NCBI GenBank assembly: GCA_902489225.1 | Contig: CABTZA010000001.1 | Coordinates: 1 to 43,402 of the forward strand | Direction: 5' to 3' | From: an uncultured Collinsella sp. | GTDB taxonomy: Bacteria > Actinomycetota > Coriobacteriia > Coriobacteriales > Coriobacteriaceae | DNA length: 43,402 nt | In this document: piece by piece, positions 17,477 to 25,135 of the stretch | How the letters are laid out: each line of letters starts with the position of its first letter | Numbering within the stretch: the first letter of the stretch is position 1 | The notes under the pieces: model-generated | Seen by the model: the letters and a program-made list of their open reading frames with translations, nothing else | Told to the model about the DNA's origin: nothing | Databases searched by the model: none | Position numbers and translations under genes: made by a program

Positions 17477-17995
17477 ATGACGTGTAAGCTATCTGCTATC
17501 GTCGCCGTGTGTGAGGATTGGGGCATTGGGTGCGAGGGCGACATGGTGGTGTCCAATCGCGCCGACATGCGCCATTTTGTGGCGTGCACCAAAGGTTGCC
17601 CGGTTATTATGGGGCGCAAGACCCTGTTGAGTTTTCCCGGTGGGCGTCCGCTCAAGAATCGTCGCAATATCGTGCTCACGCGTGACGAGGATTTTGCGCC
17701 CCAGGGCGTCGACGTGGTCCATAGCATCGACGAGGCGCTCGCCGCGGTTGCCGATGAGCCCGTTGCCTGGGTGATTGGTGGCGGCGATGTCTATCGGCAG
17801 TTTTTGCCGTATTGCGTCGAGGCCGAGGTCACGCACAACCATTGCACTCATGCCGTGGACACGTACTTTCCCGATTTGGACGCCGATCCCGCATGGGAGA
17901 TTGCGTGGCGTGGCGGTGTTGCCACGATTGCCTCGGGCGAGGGCGACGAGGGTGTCGATTATGAGTTCGTGACGTATCGTCGCGTTGAGGCGTAA
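17477..17995 (+). CDS. folA: Dihydrofolate reductase
   Basis: 'WGIG', 'DMRHF', 'VIMGRKT', 'RPLKNRRNIVLTR', 'VIGGG', 'DTYFP'; follows thyA. Alternative start 17468. Confidence 0.95.
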   Translation: MTCKLSAIVAVCEDWGIGCEGDMVVSNRADMRHFVACTKGCPVIMGRKTLLSFPGGRPLKNRRNIVLTRDEDFAPQGVDVVHSIDEALAAVADEPVAWVIGGGDVYRQFLPYCVEAEVTHNHCTHAVDTYFPDLDADPAWEIAWRGGVATIASGEGDEGVDYEFVTYRRVEA

Positions 17996-18104
17996 ATCGC
18001 CTGGCGTGAACGGTATTATCGGATTGATTGAATGTATGGGGCGGCGCTTAGCGTCGCCTCGTTTGGTATAGATGTGCTGTAAAGAAGGGTGCGGGCAGGC
18101 TGCT

Positions 18105-19019
18105 ATGACTGATGCCGTTGAGGTTCTGCGAATTGATTCGCTCGAGGACGAGCGGCTCGATGCCTACGTGCGACTGACCGAGCGTGAGCTGCGCTGCGTG
18201 CTAGAGCCGCAAAAGGGCATCTTTATCGCCGAGAGTGCCAAGGTTATTGAGCGCGCGGTGCGTGCCGGATACGAGCCGGTGAGCTTTCTTTTGGGCGAAC
18301 GCTGGCTCGACCAGATGATGCCGCTGTTTGAGCGCCTAGTCGTGCGCGAGGGCGCGGGTCCTGTTCCTGTGTTCGTCGCCTCCATGGAGCTCATGGAGCA
18401 GTTGACGGGCTTTAACGTGACGCGCGGTGCGCTTGCGGCGTTTCGTCGCTCGCGTCAGATTCCGGTTGATGAGTTCTTGGGTGGCGTCGTCGAGGCGGCG
18501 GGGGAGCGTCCGGTGCGCGTGTGCGTGCTCGAGGGTATTGTCGACCACACCAATGTTGGCGCGATTTTCCGCTCTGCTGCCGCATTGAACGTTGACGGTA
18601 TTTTGGTCAGCCCGACGTGCTGCGACCCGCTGTACCGTCGCTCGGCCCGCGTGAGCATGGGCACCGTGTTTCAGGTGCCGTGGACGCGCATTGGCAGCGA
18701 GGCTCGTGTGTGGCCGCATGATGGTCTGAGCGCGTTGCACGATGCCGGTTTTTCGTGTGCCGCTATGGCGTTGACGGACGATTCTGTTTCGCTTGATGAT
18801 CCTGTGCTGCAGAAGATTGATCGCTTGGCGATTTTTATGGGCACCGAGGGTGCCGGCTTGGGCGCCAAGACCATTGCCGGCTGTGACCACGCGGTGCGTA
18901 TTCCGATGGCGCACGGGGTCGATTCGCTCAACGTGGCCGCGGCGAGCGCCGTCGCCTTTTGGCAGCTATGCCCGCACGTGAGCAATGAGTATCACTACCA
19001 GCCGGGTTTGTATCACTAG
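18105..19019 (+). CDS. TrmH/SpoU family RNA methyltransferase
   Basis: 'LEGIVDHTNVGAIFRSAAAL', 'GTEGAGL', 'IPMAHGVDSLNVAAA' SPOUT motifs. Start uncertain (18072 or 18105). Confidence 0.92.
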   Translation: MTDAVEVLRIDSLEDERLDAYVRLTERELRCVLEPQKGIFIAESAKVIERAVRAGYEPVSFLLGERWLDQMMPLFERLVVREGAGPVPVFVASMELMEQLTGFNVTRGALAAFRRSRQIPVDEFLGGVVEAAGERPVRVCVLEGIVDHTNVGAIFRSAAALNVDGILVSPTCCDPLYRRSARVSMGTVFQVPWTRIGSEARVWPHDGLSALHDAGFSCAAMALTDDSVSLDDPVLQKIDRLAIFMGTEGAGLGAKTIAGCDHAVRIPMAHGVDSLNVAAASAVAFWQLCPHVSNEYHYQPGLYH

Positions 19020-19144
19020 GCAGTTATTCCGCACCGTGCTCTAATTCGGGGTGTTTCGGTCGCCGCCAGTCGGTGCTAAGCTGGTTTTGGCTTTGGTTTT
19101 AAATTGCTGTTTTGCTGATTGACGTATGCGTGTGGGGAGGGCGT

Positions 19145-20494
19145 GTGGCTAAGAAATCTACGGCTATCGATGTAACGCAAGGAGTCATTTGGCAGCAATT
19201 GCTGTCGCTGTGCGTTCCCATCTTTTTTAGTTCGTTTTTTCAGCAGGCCTACACGCTTATCGGTACCTATATCGTCGGTCAGTTTGGCGGCAAGCTCGCG
19301 CTAGGTGGCATTCAAGCTACGATGGTGCTCACCGAGCTCTGCATTGGCTTTTGCGTTGGCGTCGGCGCCGGCTGCGCGGTCATTACCGGTCAGTATTTTG
19401 GTCAGCACGATGATGAGCGACTGAGCCGTTCGGTCCATACGGCCATGACGCTCGCGCTGGTGGGCGGTATCGTTTTCTCGATTCTTGGCATAGTGTTCGT
19501 TGAGCCCATGCTGGTACTTATGAACACTCCGCATGAACTTTTGGCCGAGGGCGTGGCCTATGCTCGTTGCTATTTTGCCGCCATGGTTGCGGCGCTGCTG
19601 CTCAATATGGGAACGGCACTGCTACGCGCCGTGGGCGACACGCGCGGGCCTGCTGTGATCATCGCTTCCGGCTGCCTTGTTAATGCGGTGCTGGATGTCA
19701 TCTTTGTTGCCGTGCTTCATATGGAGGCGCTGGGCTGCGGCATCGCGGTGGCGCTGACCATTTGCTCCAACGCCACGATGATCGTGATTCGCATGATGCA
19801 CGCACCGGGTGCGTGGCGGCTTTCGCTGTCCAAACTCGGCATTGATCCTGGCATTTGTAAGAGCATGATCTCGTGTGGTCTGCCGCTTGGCTTTCAGTCT
19901 GCTGCGTATTCGATTTCCAACGTTTTGATTCAGGTGTCGGTCAACTCGTTTGGTGCCGATGTCACCACGGCGTGGGGTCTTTCGGGCCGCTTAGATGGCA
20001 TTATCTGGATGGTGACCGAGGCGCTCGGCGTATCGATCACTACGTTCTCGGCGCAGAACTTTGGCGCGCGCAACTACGAGCGCATGCGCAAGGGTTACCA
20101 TACGTCGCTTGTGCTTTCGTTTATGCTCATTGGTGGCCTGTCTGCCGTGCTCCTGGTGTTCTCGGGCCCGCTGTCGCGTTTGTTTGTCGACGATGCTTCG
20201 ATTTCGGCGTACACCACGACGATTCTTCATTTCATCGCGCCGTTCTACGCGATCTTCTCTATTATCGAAAACGCGTCGGGCTCCATTCGCGGTGCCGGCG
20301 TGAGTCTGCAGCCTATGATGCTCACCATCTTTGGCACCGTTGTCTTGAGGGTGATCTGGGTGTTTGCGATCATGCCCTTCGATCCGTCGCTCGAGCATCT
20401 ACTGCTGGTCTACCCCGTAACCTGGCTCATCACGGCCACGATGTTTACCATCTACCACCACAGCGGCAACTGGCTCGGCCGCGCCACCGCCTAG
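19145..20494 (+). CDS. MATE family efflux transporter
   Basis: About 12 hydrophobic segments; 'LLRAVGDTRGP', 'AQNFGARNYER', 'IRGAG'. GTG start after GGAGG. Confidence 0.92.
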   Translation: MAKKSTAIDVTQGVIWQQLLSLCVPIFFSSFFQQAYTLIGTYIVGQFGGKLALGGIQATMVLTELCIGFCVGVGAGCAVITGQYFGQHDDERLSRSVHTAMTLALVGGIVFSILGIVFVEPMLVLMNTPHELLAEGVAYARCYFAAMVAALLLNMGTALLRAVGDTRGPAVIIASGCLVNAVLDVIFVAVLHMEALGCGIAVALTICSNATMIVIRMMHAPGAWRLSLSKLGIDPGICKSMISCGLPLGFQSAAYSISNVLIQVSVNSFGADVTTAWGLSGRLDGIIWMVTEALGVSITTFSAQNFGARNYERMRKGYHTSLVLSFMLIGGLSAVLLVFSGPLSRLFVDDASISAYTTTILHFIAPFYAIFSIIENASGSIRGAGVSLQPMMLTIFGTVVLRVIWVFAIMPFDPSLEHLLLVYPVTWLITATMFTIYHHSGNWLGRATA

Positions 20495-20520
20495 CCATTC
20501 GGGACGTCCCCAATGGCTAG
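20491..20520. repeat. REP-like palindrome (GGGGAC family, type A); possible bidirectional terminator
   Basis: CTAGCCATTCGGGACGTCCCCAATGGCTAG, near-perfect inverted repeat overlapping the stop codons of both convergent genes. Confidence 0.7.
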
Positions 20521-21002
20521 TATTCGATGCCTTGGCGGGCTAGGAGTCCTTCGTCGAAGTAGTGTTTGATGGGGCGCATTTCGGTGACAAGCTAGGCGAG
20601 GTTCGCGAGGGGCAGCAGGCCCCGGCCGGTGAGCACGAGCTCCGTGGTGGCGGGCTTTATCGCGATCAGCGCTTCGACATCCTCGCGCGTCACGAAGCCG
20701 CGGCGCATGGCCTCGCCGAGTTCATCCAAAATCAGAACGTCGACCTGTGATATCTGCTCGCATGCGAGCTCCATGATCTGCGCGGCGCAAGCCTCGGGTG
20801 TGTCGCGGGCGGCTTGTACGATGCGTAGCCCTAAACGAGGTGCTGCATCATGTTCGGCGCAGTGCAGCTTCTTGGCAAACTGAAGCATGAGCACGTTAAG
20901 TCAATAGCCCGTGGCACGCAGCGCGGGCCCCAGCGCAGCCGTCGTCTTGCCCTTGCCGTCGCCCGCATAGATTTGAACCTTGCCGACTTCCAGTGATGCC
21001 AT
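20517..21002 (-). pseudogene. cobO: cob(I)yrinic acid a,c-diamide adenosyltransferase (CobO/BtuR/CobA type) pseudogene with two in-frame stops
   Basis: One frame reads MASLEVGKVQIYAGDGKGKTTAALGPALRATGY*LNVLMLQF...VLILDELG...ELVLTGRG...LA*LVTEMRPIKHYFDEGLLARQGIEY*. Internal TGA at 20903-20901 and TAG at 20594-20592. Confidence 0.9.
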
Positions 21003-21027
21003 CTCTGTCTTTTCGTGCCCGGCGTCG

Positions 21028-21052
21028 GTTTATCGCCGTCCGGGTTGGGTAT
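21028..21052 (+). promoter_or_regulatory. SigB/SigF-type promoter upstream of ftsH
   Basis: GTTTAT (21028-21033), 13 nt, GGGTAT (21047-21052); equivalently GTTT-N15-GGGTAT. Confidence 0.7.
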
Positions 21053-21079
21053 TCTAGAAAGCATTATTAACCCCAGTAG

Positions 21080-22987
21080 ATGGAGTTTAAGCAGATGGAG
21101 ATGGATGACAACAAGCGTAGACGGAATATGATCCTCTACGTGCTCATCGCCTTCGTCGTCTACCTCGTGCTCTCGACCGTTCTGTTCCCCAACATCGGTC
21201 ACACGCAGCAGATTACGAAGACCGATTACTCGACGTTTGTCAAAGCGCTCGATAAGAAGAGTGTCGACAAGGTCGAGTACAACACGGACGATTACTCGAT
21301 TTATTACACCAAGAAGGGCGAGGACGAGAACATCGCCTATAAGACGACCGGTGTGCCGAACGATGCGGGCTTTACCGATCGCGTGCTTGAGTCTGGCGCT
21401 TCGCTGGAGTCGGTCGTTCCCGATAAAAACTCGGGTTTGATGACCTACTACCTGCTTACGCTCATCCTTCCCATGGCGATTTTCTTCCTGATCGGCTGGT
21501 GGCTCAACCGCCGCATGAAGAAGGCCATGGGTGATGACGGTCCTTCGATGAACTTTGGCGGCGGTGGCTTTGGCGGCGGTGGACTGGGCAAGTCCGGCGC
21601 GCGCGTGATCGCCTCCAAGGACGTGGGCGTGACCTTTAAGGATGTCGCCGGCCAGGAAGAGGCCAAGGAGTCCCTCAAGGAGGTCGTCGACTTTCTGGAG
21701 AAGCCCCAGCGCTACGAGGAGATTGGCGCCAAGCTGCCGCGCGGTGCTCTCCTTGTTGGCCCTCCGGGTACCGGTAAGACCCTGCTAGCCAAGGCTGTTG
21801 CCGGCGAGGCTGGTGTTCCGTTCTTTAGCATTTCGGGTTCTGAGTTCGTCGAGATGTTCGTCGGCCGTGGCGCCGCCAAGGTGCGCGACCTGTTTAAGCA
21901 GGCCAAGGAAAAGGCCCCGTGCATTGTGTTTATCGACGAGATCGATACCATCGGCAAAAAGCGTGACGGCGGCGGCTTTAGCGGCAACGACGAGCGCGAG
22001 CAGACGCTCAACCAGCTGCTGACCGAGATGGACGGCTTCGATAACCACAAGGGTATTGTCGTTCTCGCTGCTACCAACCGCCCTGACAGCCTTGACCCGG
22101 CCCTGTTGCGCCCCGGTCGTTTTGACCGCCGTATCCCCGTTGAGCTGCCCGACCTGACTGGCCGCAAGAACATTCTTGAGCTGCATGCCAAGAGCGTGAA
22201 GACGCAGCCGCCGATCGACCTGACCGCGATTGCCCGCGCCACGCCCGGTGCCTCGGGCGCCGACCTGGCCAATATCATCAACGAGGGCGCCCTGCGTGCC
22301 GTCCGTGAGGGCCGCAAGCGCGCTACGCAGGACGATTTTGAGGAGTCGGTGGAGGTCGTCATCGCCGGCCAGCAGCGTAAGTCCACGGTACTGTCCGACC
22401 ACGAGAAGCAGGTTGTTTCTTACCACGAGATCGGCCATGCCATCGTTGCCGCCCGCCAGAAGGGCTCTGCACCGGTCACGAAGATCACCATCGTGCCGCG
22501 CACGAGCGGTGCTCTGGGCTACACCATGCAGGTCGAGGAGGATGAGCGCTTCCTGACCACGCGCCAGGAGGTCCTGGACAAGCTCGCCGTCTATTGCGGT
22601 GGCCGTGCAGCCGAGGAGCTCATCTTTGGTGAGATGACGACCGGCGCCGCCAACGATATCGAGCAGGCCACCAAGCTCGCCCGTAACATGGTGACGCGCT
22701 TTGGTATGTCCGATGAGTTTGGCATGATGGCACTCGGTACCGTTCAGAATGCGTACCTTAACCAGGACACGTCGCTCACCTGCGCCCCCGGTACGGCCGA
22801 GCGCGTGGACGCGATTGTCGCCAAGCTGATCGAGGATGCGCACGACCGCGCCCTGCAGATCCTGAAGGAGAACAAGTTCAAGCTCCACGAGCTGGCTCGT
22901 TATCTGTACAAGAAGGAGACGATCACGGGCGAGGAGTTCATGAATCTCCTCACGCGCGAGAATCCGCTGATGTCAAAGCAGCAGTAA
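21080..22987 (+). CDS. ftsH: ATP-dependent zinc metalloprotease FtsH
   Basis: Two TM segments, 'TFKDVAG', 'GPPGTGKT', 'FIDEID', '[20 protein letters not shown]', HEXXH 'HEIGH'. Start could be 21080, 21095 or 21101. Confidence 0.97.
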   Translation: MEFKQMEMDDNKRRRNMILYVLIAFVVYLVLSTVLFPNIGHTQQITKTDYSTFVKALDKKSVDKVEYNTDDYSIYYTKKGEDENIAYKTTGVPNDAGFTDRVLESGASLESVVPDKNSGLMTYYLLTLILPMAIFFLIGWWLNRRMKKAMGDDGPSMNFGGGGFGGGGLGKSGARVIASKDVGVTFKDVAGQEEAKESLKEVVDFLEKPQRYEEIGAKLPRGALLVGPPGTGKTLLAKAVAGEAGVPFFSISGSEFVEMFVGRGAAKVRDLFKQAKEKAPCIVFIDEIDTIGKKRDGGGFSGNDEREQTLNQLLTEMDGFDNHKGIVVLAATNRPDSLDPALLRPGRFDRRIPVELPDLTGRKNILELHAKSVKTQPPIDLTAIARATPGASGADLANIINEGALRAVREGRKRATQDDFEESVEVVIAGQQRKSTVLSDHEKQVVSYHEIGHAIVAARQKGSAPVTKITIVPRTSGALGYTMQVEEDERFLTTRQEVLDKLAVYCGGRAAEELIFGEMTTGAANDIEQATKLARNMVTRFGMSDEFGMMALGTVQNAYLNQDTSLTCAPGTAERVDAIVAKLIEDAHDRALQILKENKFKLHELARYLYKKETITGEEFMNLLTRENPLMSKQQ

Positions 22988-23008
22988 TACTGGTTGCGCA
23001 GTATCAAT

Positions 23009-23045
23009 CGCCCCATTTGAGTGCCTATCTCAAATGGGGCGTTTT
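23009..23045 (+). terminator. Terminator after ftsH
   Basis: CGCCCCATTTGAG-tgcctat-CTCAAATGGGGCG-TTTT. Confidence 0.85.
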
Positions 23046-23062
23046 GCGTGGGAGGGATATGT

Positions 23063-23518
23063 ATGAAGATCGTGGTGAGTGCCTGTTTGATGGGCGAGAG
23101 CTGCAAGTATAACGGGCTCGACAACTATCATCGCGCGTTGGTCGAGGCCTGCGAGCGTACAGGGACCGAGGTCCTCTTGGTGTGCCCCGAGGTCTTTGGC
23201 GGCCTGCCCACGCCGCGTAAGCCGTCCGAGATTGTGAACGGCGAGGTTCGTACCTGTGAGGGCGTGTCCGTTGACCGGGAATTCCGCCTAGGAGCCCAAC
23301 GAGCACTCGCGATGTGCGAGCAGGCGGGCGGTCCGGAAGAGGTCGCCGCGTGCATCTTACAGGACCGTAGTCCCTCGTGTGGCGCAGGCCGCATCTACGA
23401 CGGAACATTCAGTGGCACCCTTACAGCGGGCAACGGCGTTTTCGTCGACCTGCTCCTGCGCAATGGGTACCGTGTGATCCCGGCGAGTGAATTCGATCCC
23501 AGCATACTGGAGCAATAA
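23063..23518 (+). CDS. DUF523 / 2-thiouracil desulfurase (TudS-like) family protein
   Basis: 'VSACLMGESCKYNG', 'VCPEVFGGLPTPR', 'RSPSCG', 'GNGVF'. ATG 23063 after GGAGG. Confidence 0.9.
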   Translation: MKIVVSACLMGESCKYNGLDNYHRALVEACERTGTEVLLVCPEVFGGLPTPRKPSEIVNGEVRTCEGVSVDREFRLGAQRALAMCEQAGGPEEVAACILQDRSPSCGAGRIYDGTFSGTLTAGNGVFVDLLLRNGYRVIPASEFDPSILEQ

Positions 23519-23560
23519 AAAACCACCACAAGGGTGCTGTCCCCTTGTGGTGGTTTTGGT
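23517..23560. terminator. Bidirectional terminator formed by a REP-like repeat (GGGGAC family, type B)
   Basis: AAAACCACCACAAGGG-tgctgtc-CCCTTGTGGTGGTTTT between convergent genes. Its reverse complement closely matches 31155-31199. Confidence 0.85.
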
Positions 23561-23566
23561 CTTGGC

Positions 23567-24649
23567 CTAGAGGCCGTGGCCGTAGGCGTTGGCGGCCTTG
23601 ATGGCGGCGGCGAACTTTTCGTCGGTGAAGGGCTCAGGGTTGCCCTGCTTCCACTCGTTGGTGGCGTGCGCGTATTCGCACAGGGCAGGGATATCGGCCT
23701 CGGAAAGCCCGACCTGCTCAAGCGTCACGGGCAGGCCCATCTGCTTGTTAAAGGCGGCGTAGCGCTCAAGGTTCTCGGTATCGCCCGTATAGGCAAACAG
23801 GACGAGCACGCCCAAGCTCACGACCTCCCCGTGCAGATAGGTTCCCTCGCGCGGAATGCTGCACGTCGCATTGTAGAATGCGTGCGCCACGCTCGAGTTG
23901 TAGTAGTAATCGTTTTGGTTGGTCAGGTTCGAGACATAGCCCGTGTTGACCACGATGTCGAGCGCGATCTGCTTGACGGCTTCGCTCGACAGGTCCTGGT
24001 GCACGTCCTCAAGCCCCTGGACGCCATAGGTAAACAGCGGCTCGGAGCAGGTGTGGGCGAGTGCCAGGCCAAGACCGGCGGTGTGCTCCAAATTACCGGC
24101 GCTCGTGGCGTATTCGACCTCAGGCTGCTTAGACAGGGCATCGCCCACGCCGGCCCAGAAGTATTCCGCCGGAGCTTCGGCGATGATCTTGGGGTTGATG
24201 AAGATGTGCGCCGGTCGGTTGGGGTACGAATAGCCCTCGAGCGAGCCATCGTCATTGTAGACAACGGCAATGGCGGTCGCGGCCGAGCAGTTGGAGCAAA
24301 TCGTCGGTACGGTAAAGACGATCTTCTTGAGCTCGATGGCCGCCGTCTTGACGGTGTCGAGTGCCTTGCCGCCGCCACAGGCGATAAGCACGTCTGCCTG
24401 CTGGCAAGCGGGGGAGTTCACGACCTTGGCAATATTGGCGCGCGTGCTGTTGGTGCCGTAGACGCGCGTCTCCAGAATCTCGACATCGGTACCTTCAAGT
24501 GCCGCCTCGATGCCCGGCAGCGCTGCAGCCAGTGCACGTTTGCCGCCAATGATGGCAACCTTGGTCGCTCTGTACTCGGCCAGTGCGGCGGGCAGCTCGG
24601 TAAAGCACTCCTCGCCAACGGTATAATCACTCATTCCAATCGTGCGCAT
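23567..24649 (-). CDS. Iron-containing alcohol dehydrogenase family protein (glycerol dehydrogenase-like)
   Basis: 'GGGKALDTVK', 'VPTICSNCSA', 'AGVGDALSK', 'AHAFYN', 'LHGEVVSLG'. Confidence 0.9.
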   Translation of the reverse strand: MRTIGMSDYTVGEECFTELPAALAEYRATKVAIIGGKRALAAALPGIEAALEGTDVEILETRVYGTNSTRANIAKVVNSPACQQADVLIACGGGKALDTVKTAAIELKKIVFTVPTICSNCSAATAIAVVYNDDGSLEGYSYPNRPAHIFINPKIIAEAPAEYFWAGVGDALSKQPEVEYATSAGNLEHTAGLGLALAHTCSEPLFTYGVQGLEDVHQDLSSEAVKQIALDIVVNTGYVSNLTNQNDYYYNSSVAHAFYNATCSIPREGTYLHGEVVSLGVLVLFAYTGDTENLERYAAFNKQMGLPVTLEQVGLSEADIPALCEYAHATNEWKQGNPEPFTDEKFAAAIKAANAYGHGL

Positions 24650-24789
24650 GGCAACCTTCTTTCTTTCGATAAAGTGCTTTCAGGTATTTTGCTCCTAGAG
24701 AAGGGCTATAATAGCGAGAAATTTCGAACGTATAAAACCAGTGTTGAGGGTTTTTCGCCGGCGCGGAACGTGCTAGCATACTCCACATA

Positions 24790-25092
24790 AGCGTTGATGG
24801 GGACGAGTAGTCGGCCGTCCGCATGCTACAGAGAGTGGGGAGCGCTGAGAACCCGTGCATGCGACCGATGAAAATCACCCCGGAGCTGCGGTCCCAACGG
24901 ACGTGCCGCGCAGGTTCGTCTTAGTAGACATCGCCGAGATGGTCGTCGATACAGGCCAGCCGAGTAACGGATGCGAGCGCGCGAATACGCGGGCGAGGGC
25001 ATCTAAGCTGGGTGGTTAAGCGAAGAGCTTTTGCGGGCGTGCAGCCCGTTTTGTGGCGCTTCGTCCCAGCTTGCAGGGACGGGCGCTTTTTT
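24790..25092 (+). promoter_or_regulatory. Isoleucine T-box riboswitch (transcription attenuation type)
   Basis: Stem I with AGTA, AGAGA and GCTGAGA motifs. Specifier GAAAATC with Ile codon ATC at 24874-24876. T-box AAGCTGGG-TGGT-TAAGCG (25005-25022), pairing with CGCTT/CCCAGCTT. Terminator GCGCTTCGTCCC...GGGACGGGCGC-TTTTTT (25056-25092). Confidence 0.93.
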
Positions 25093-25135
25093 GGTGCCCA
25101 TCGGGCGTGCGCGCCCACGACATGAAAGGGGTACC

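Noticed and set aside
20592..20903. Selenocysteine or pyrrolysine recoding of the TGA and TAG in cobO
   Set aside because: The stops fall where Gly and Asp are expected, not Cys or Lys. Two different stop types plus other damaging substitutions fit pseudogenisation better.
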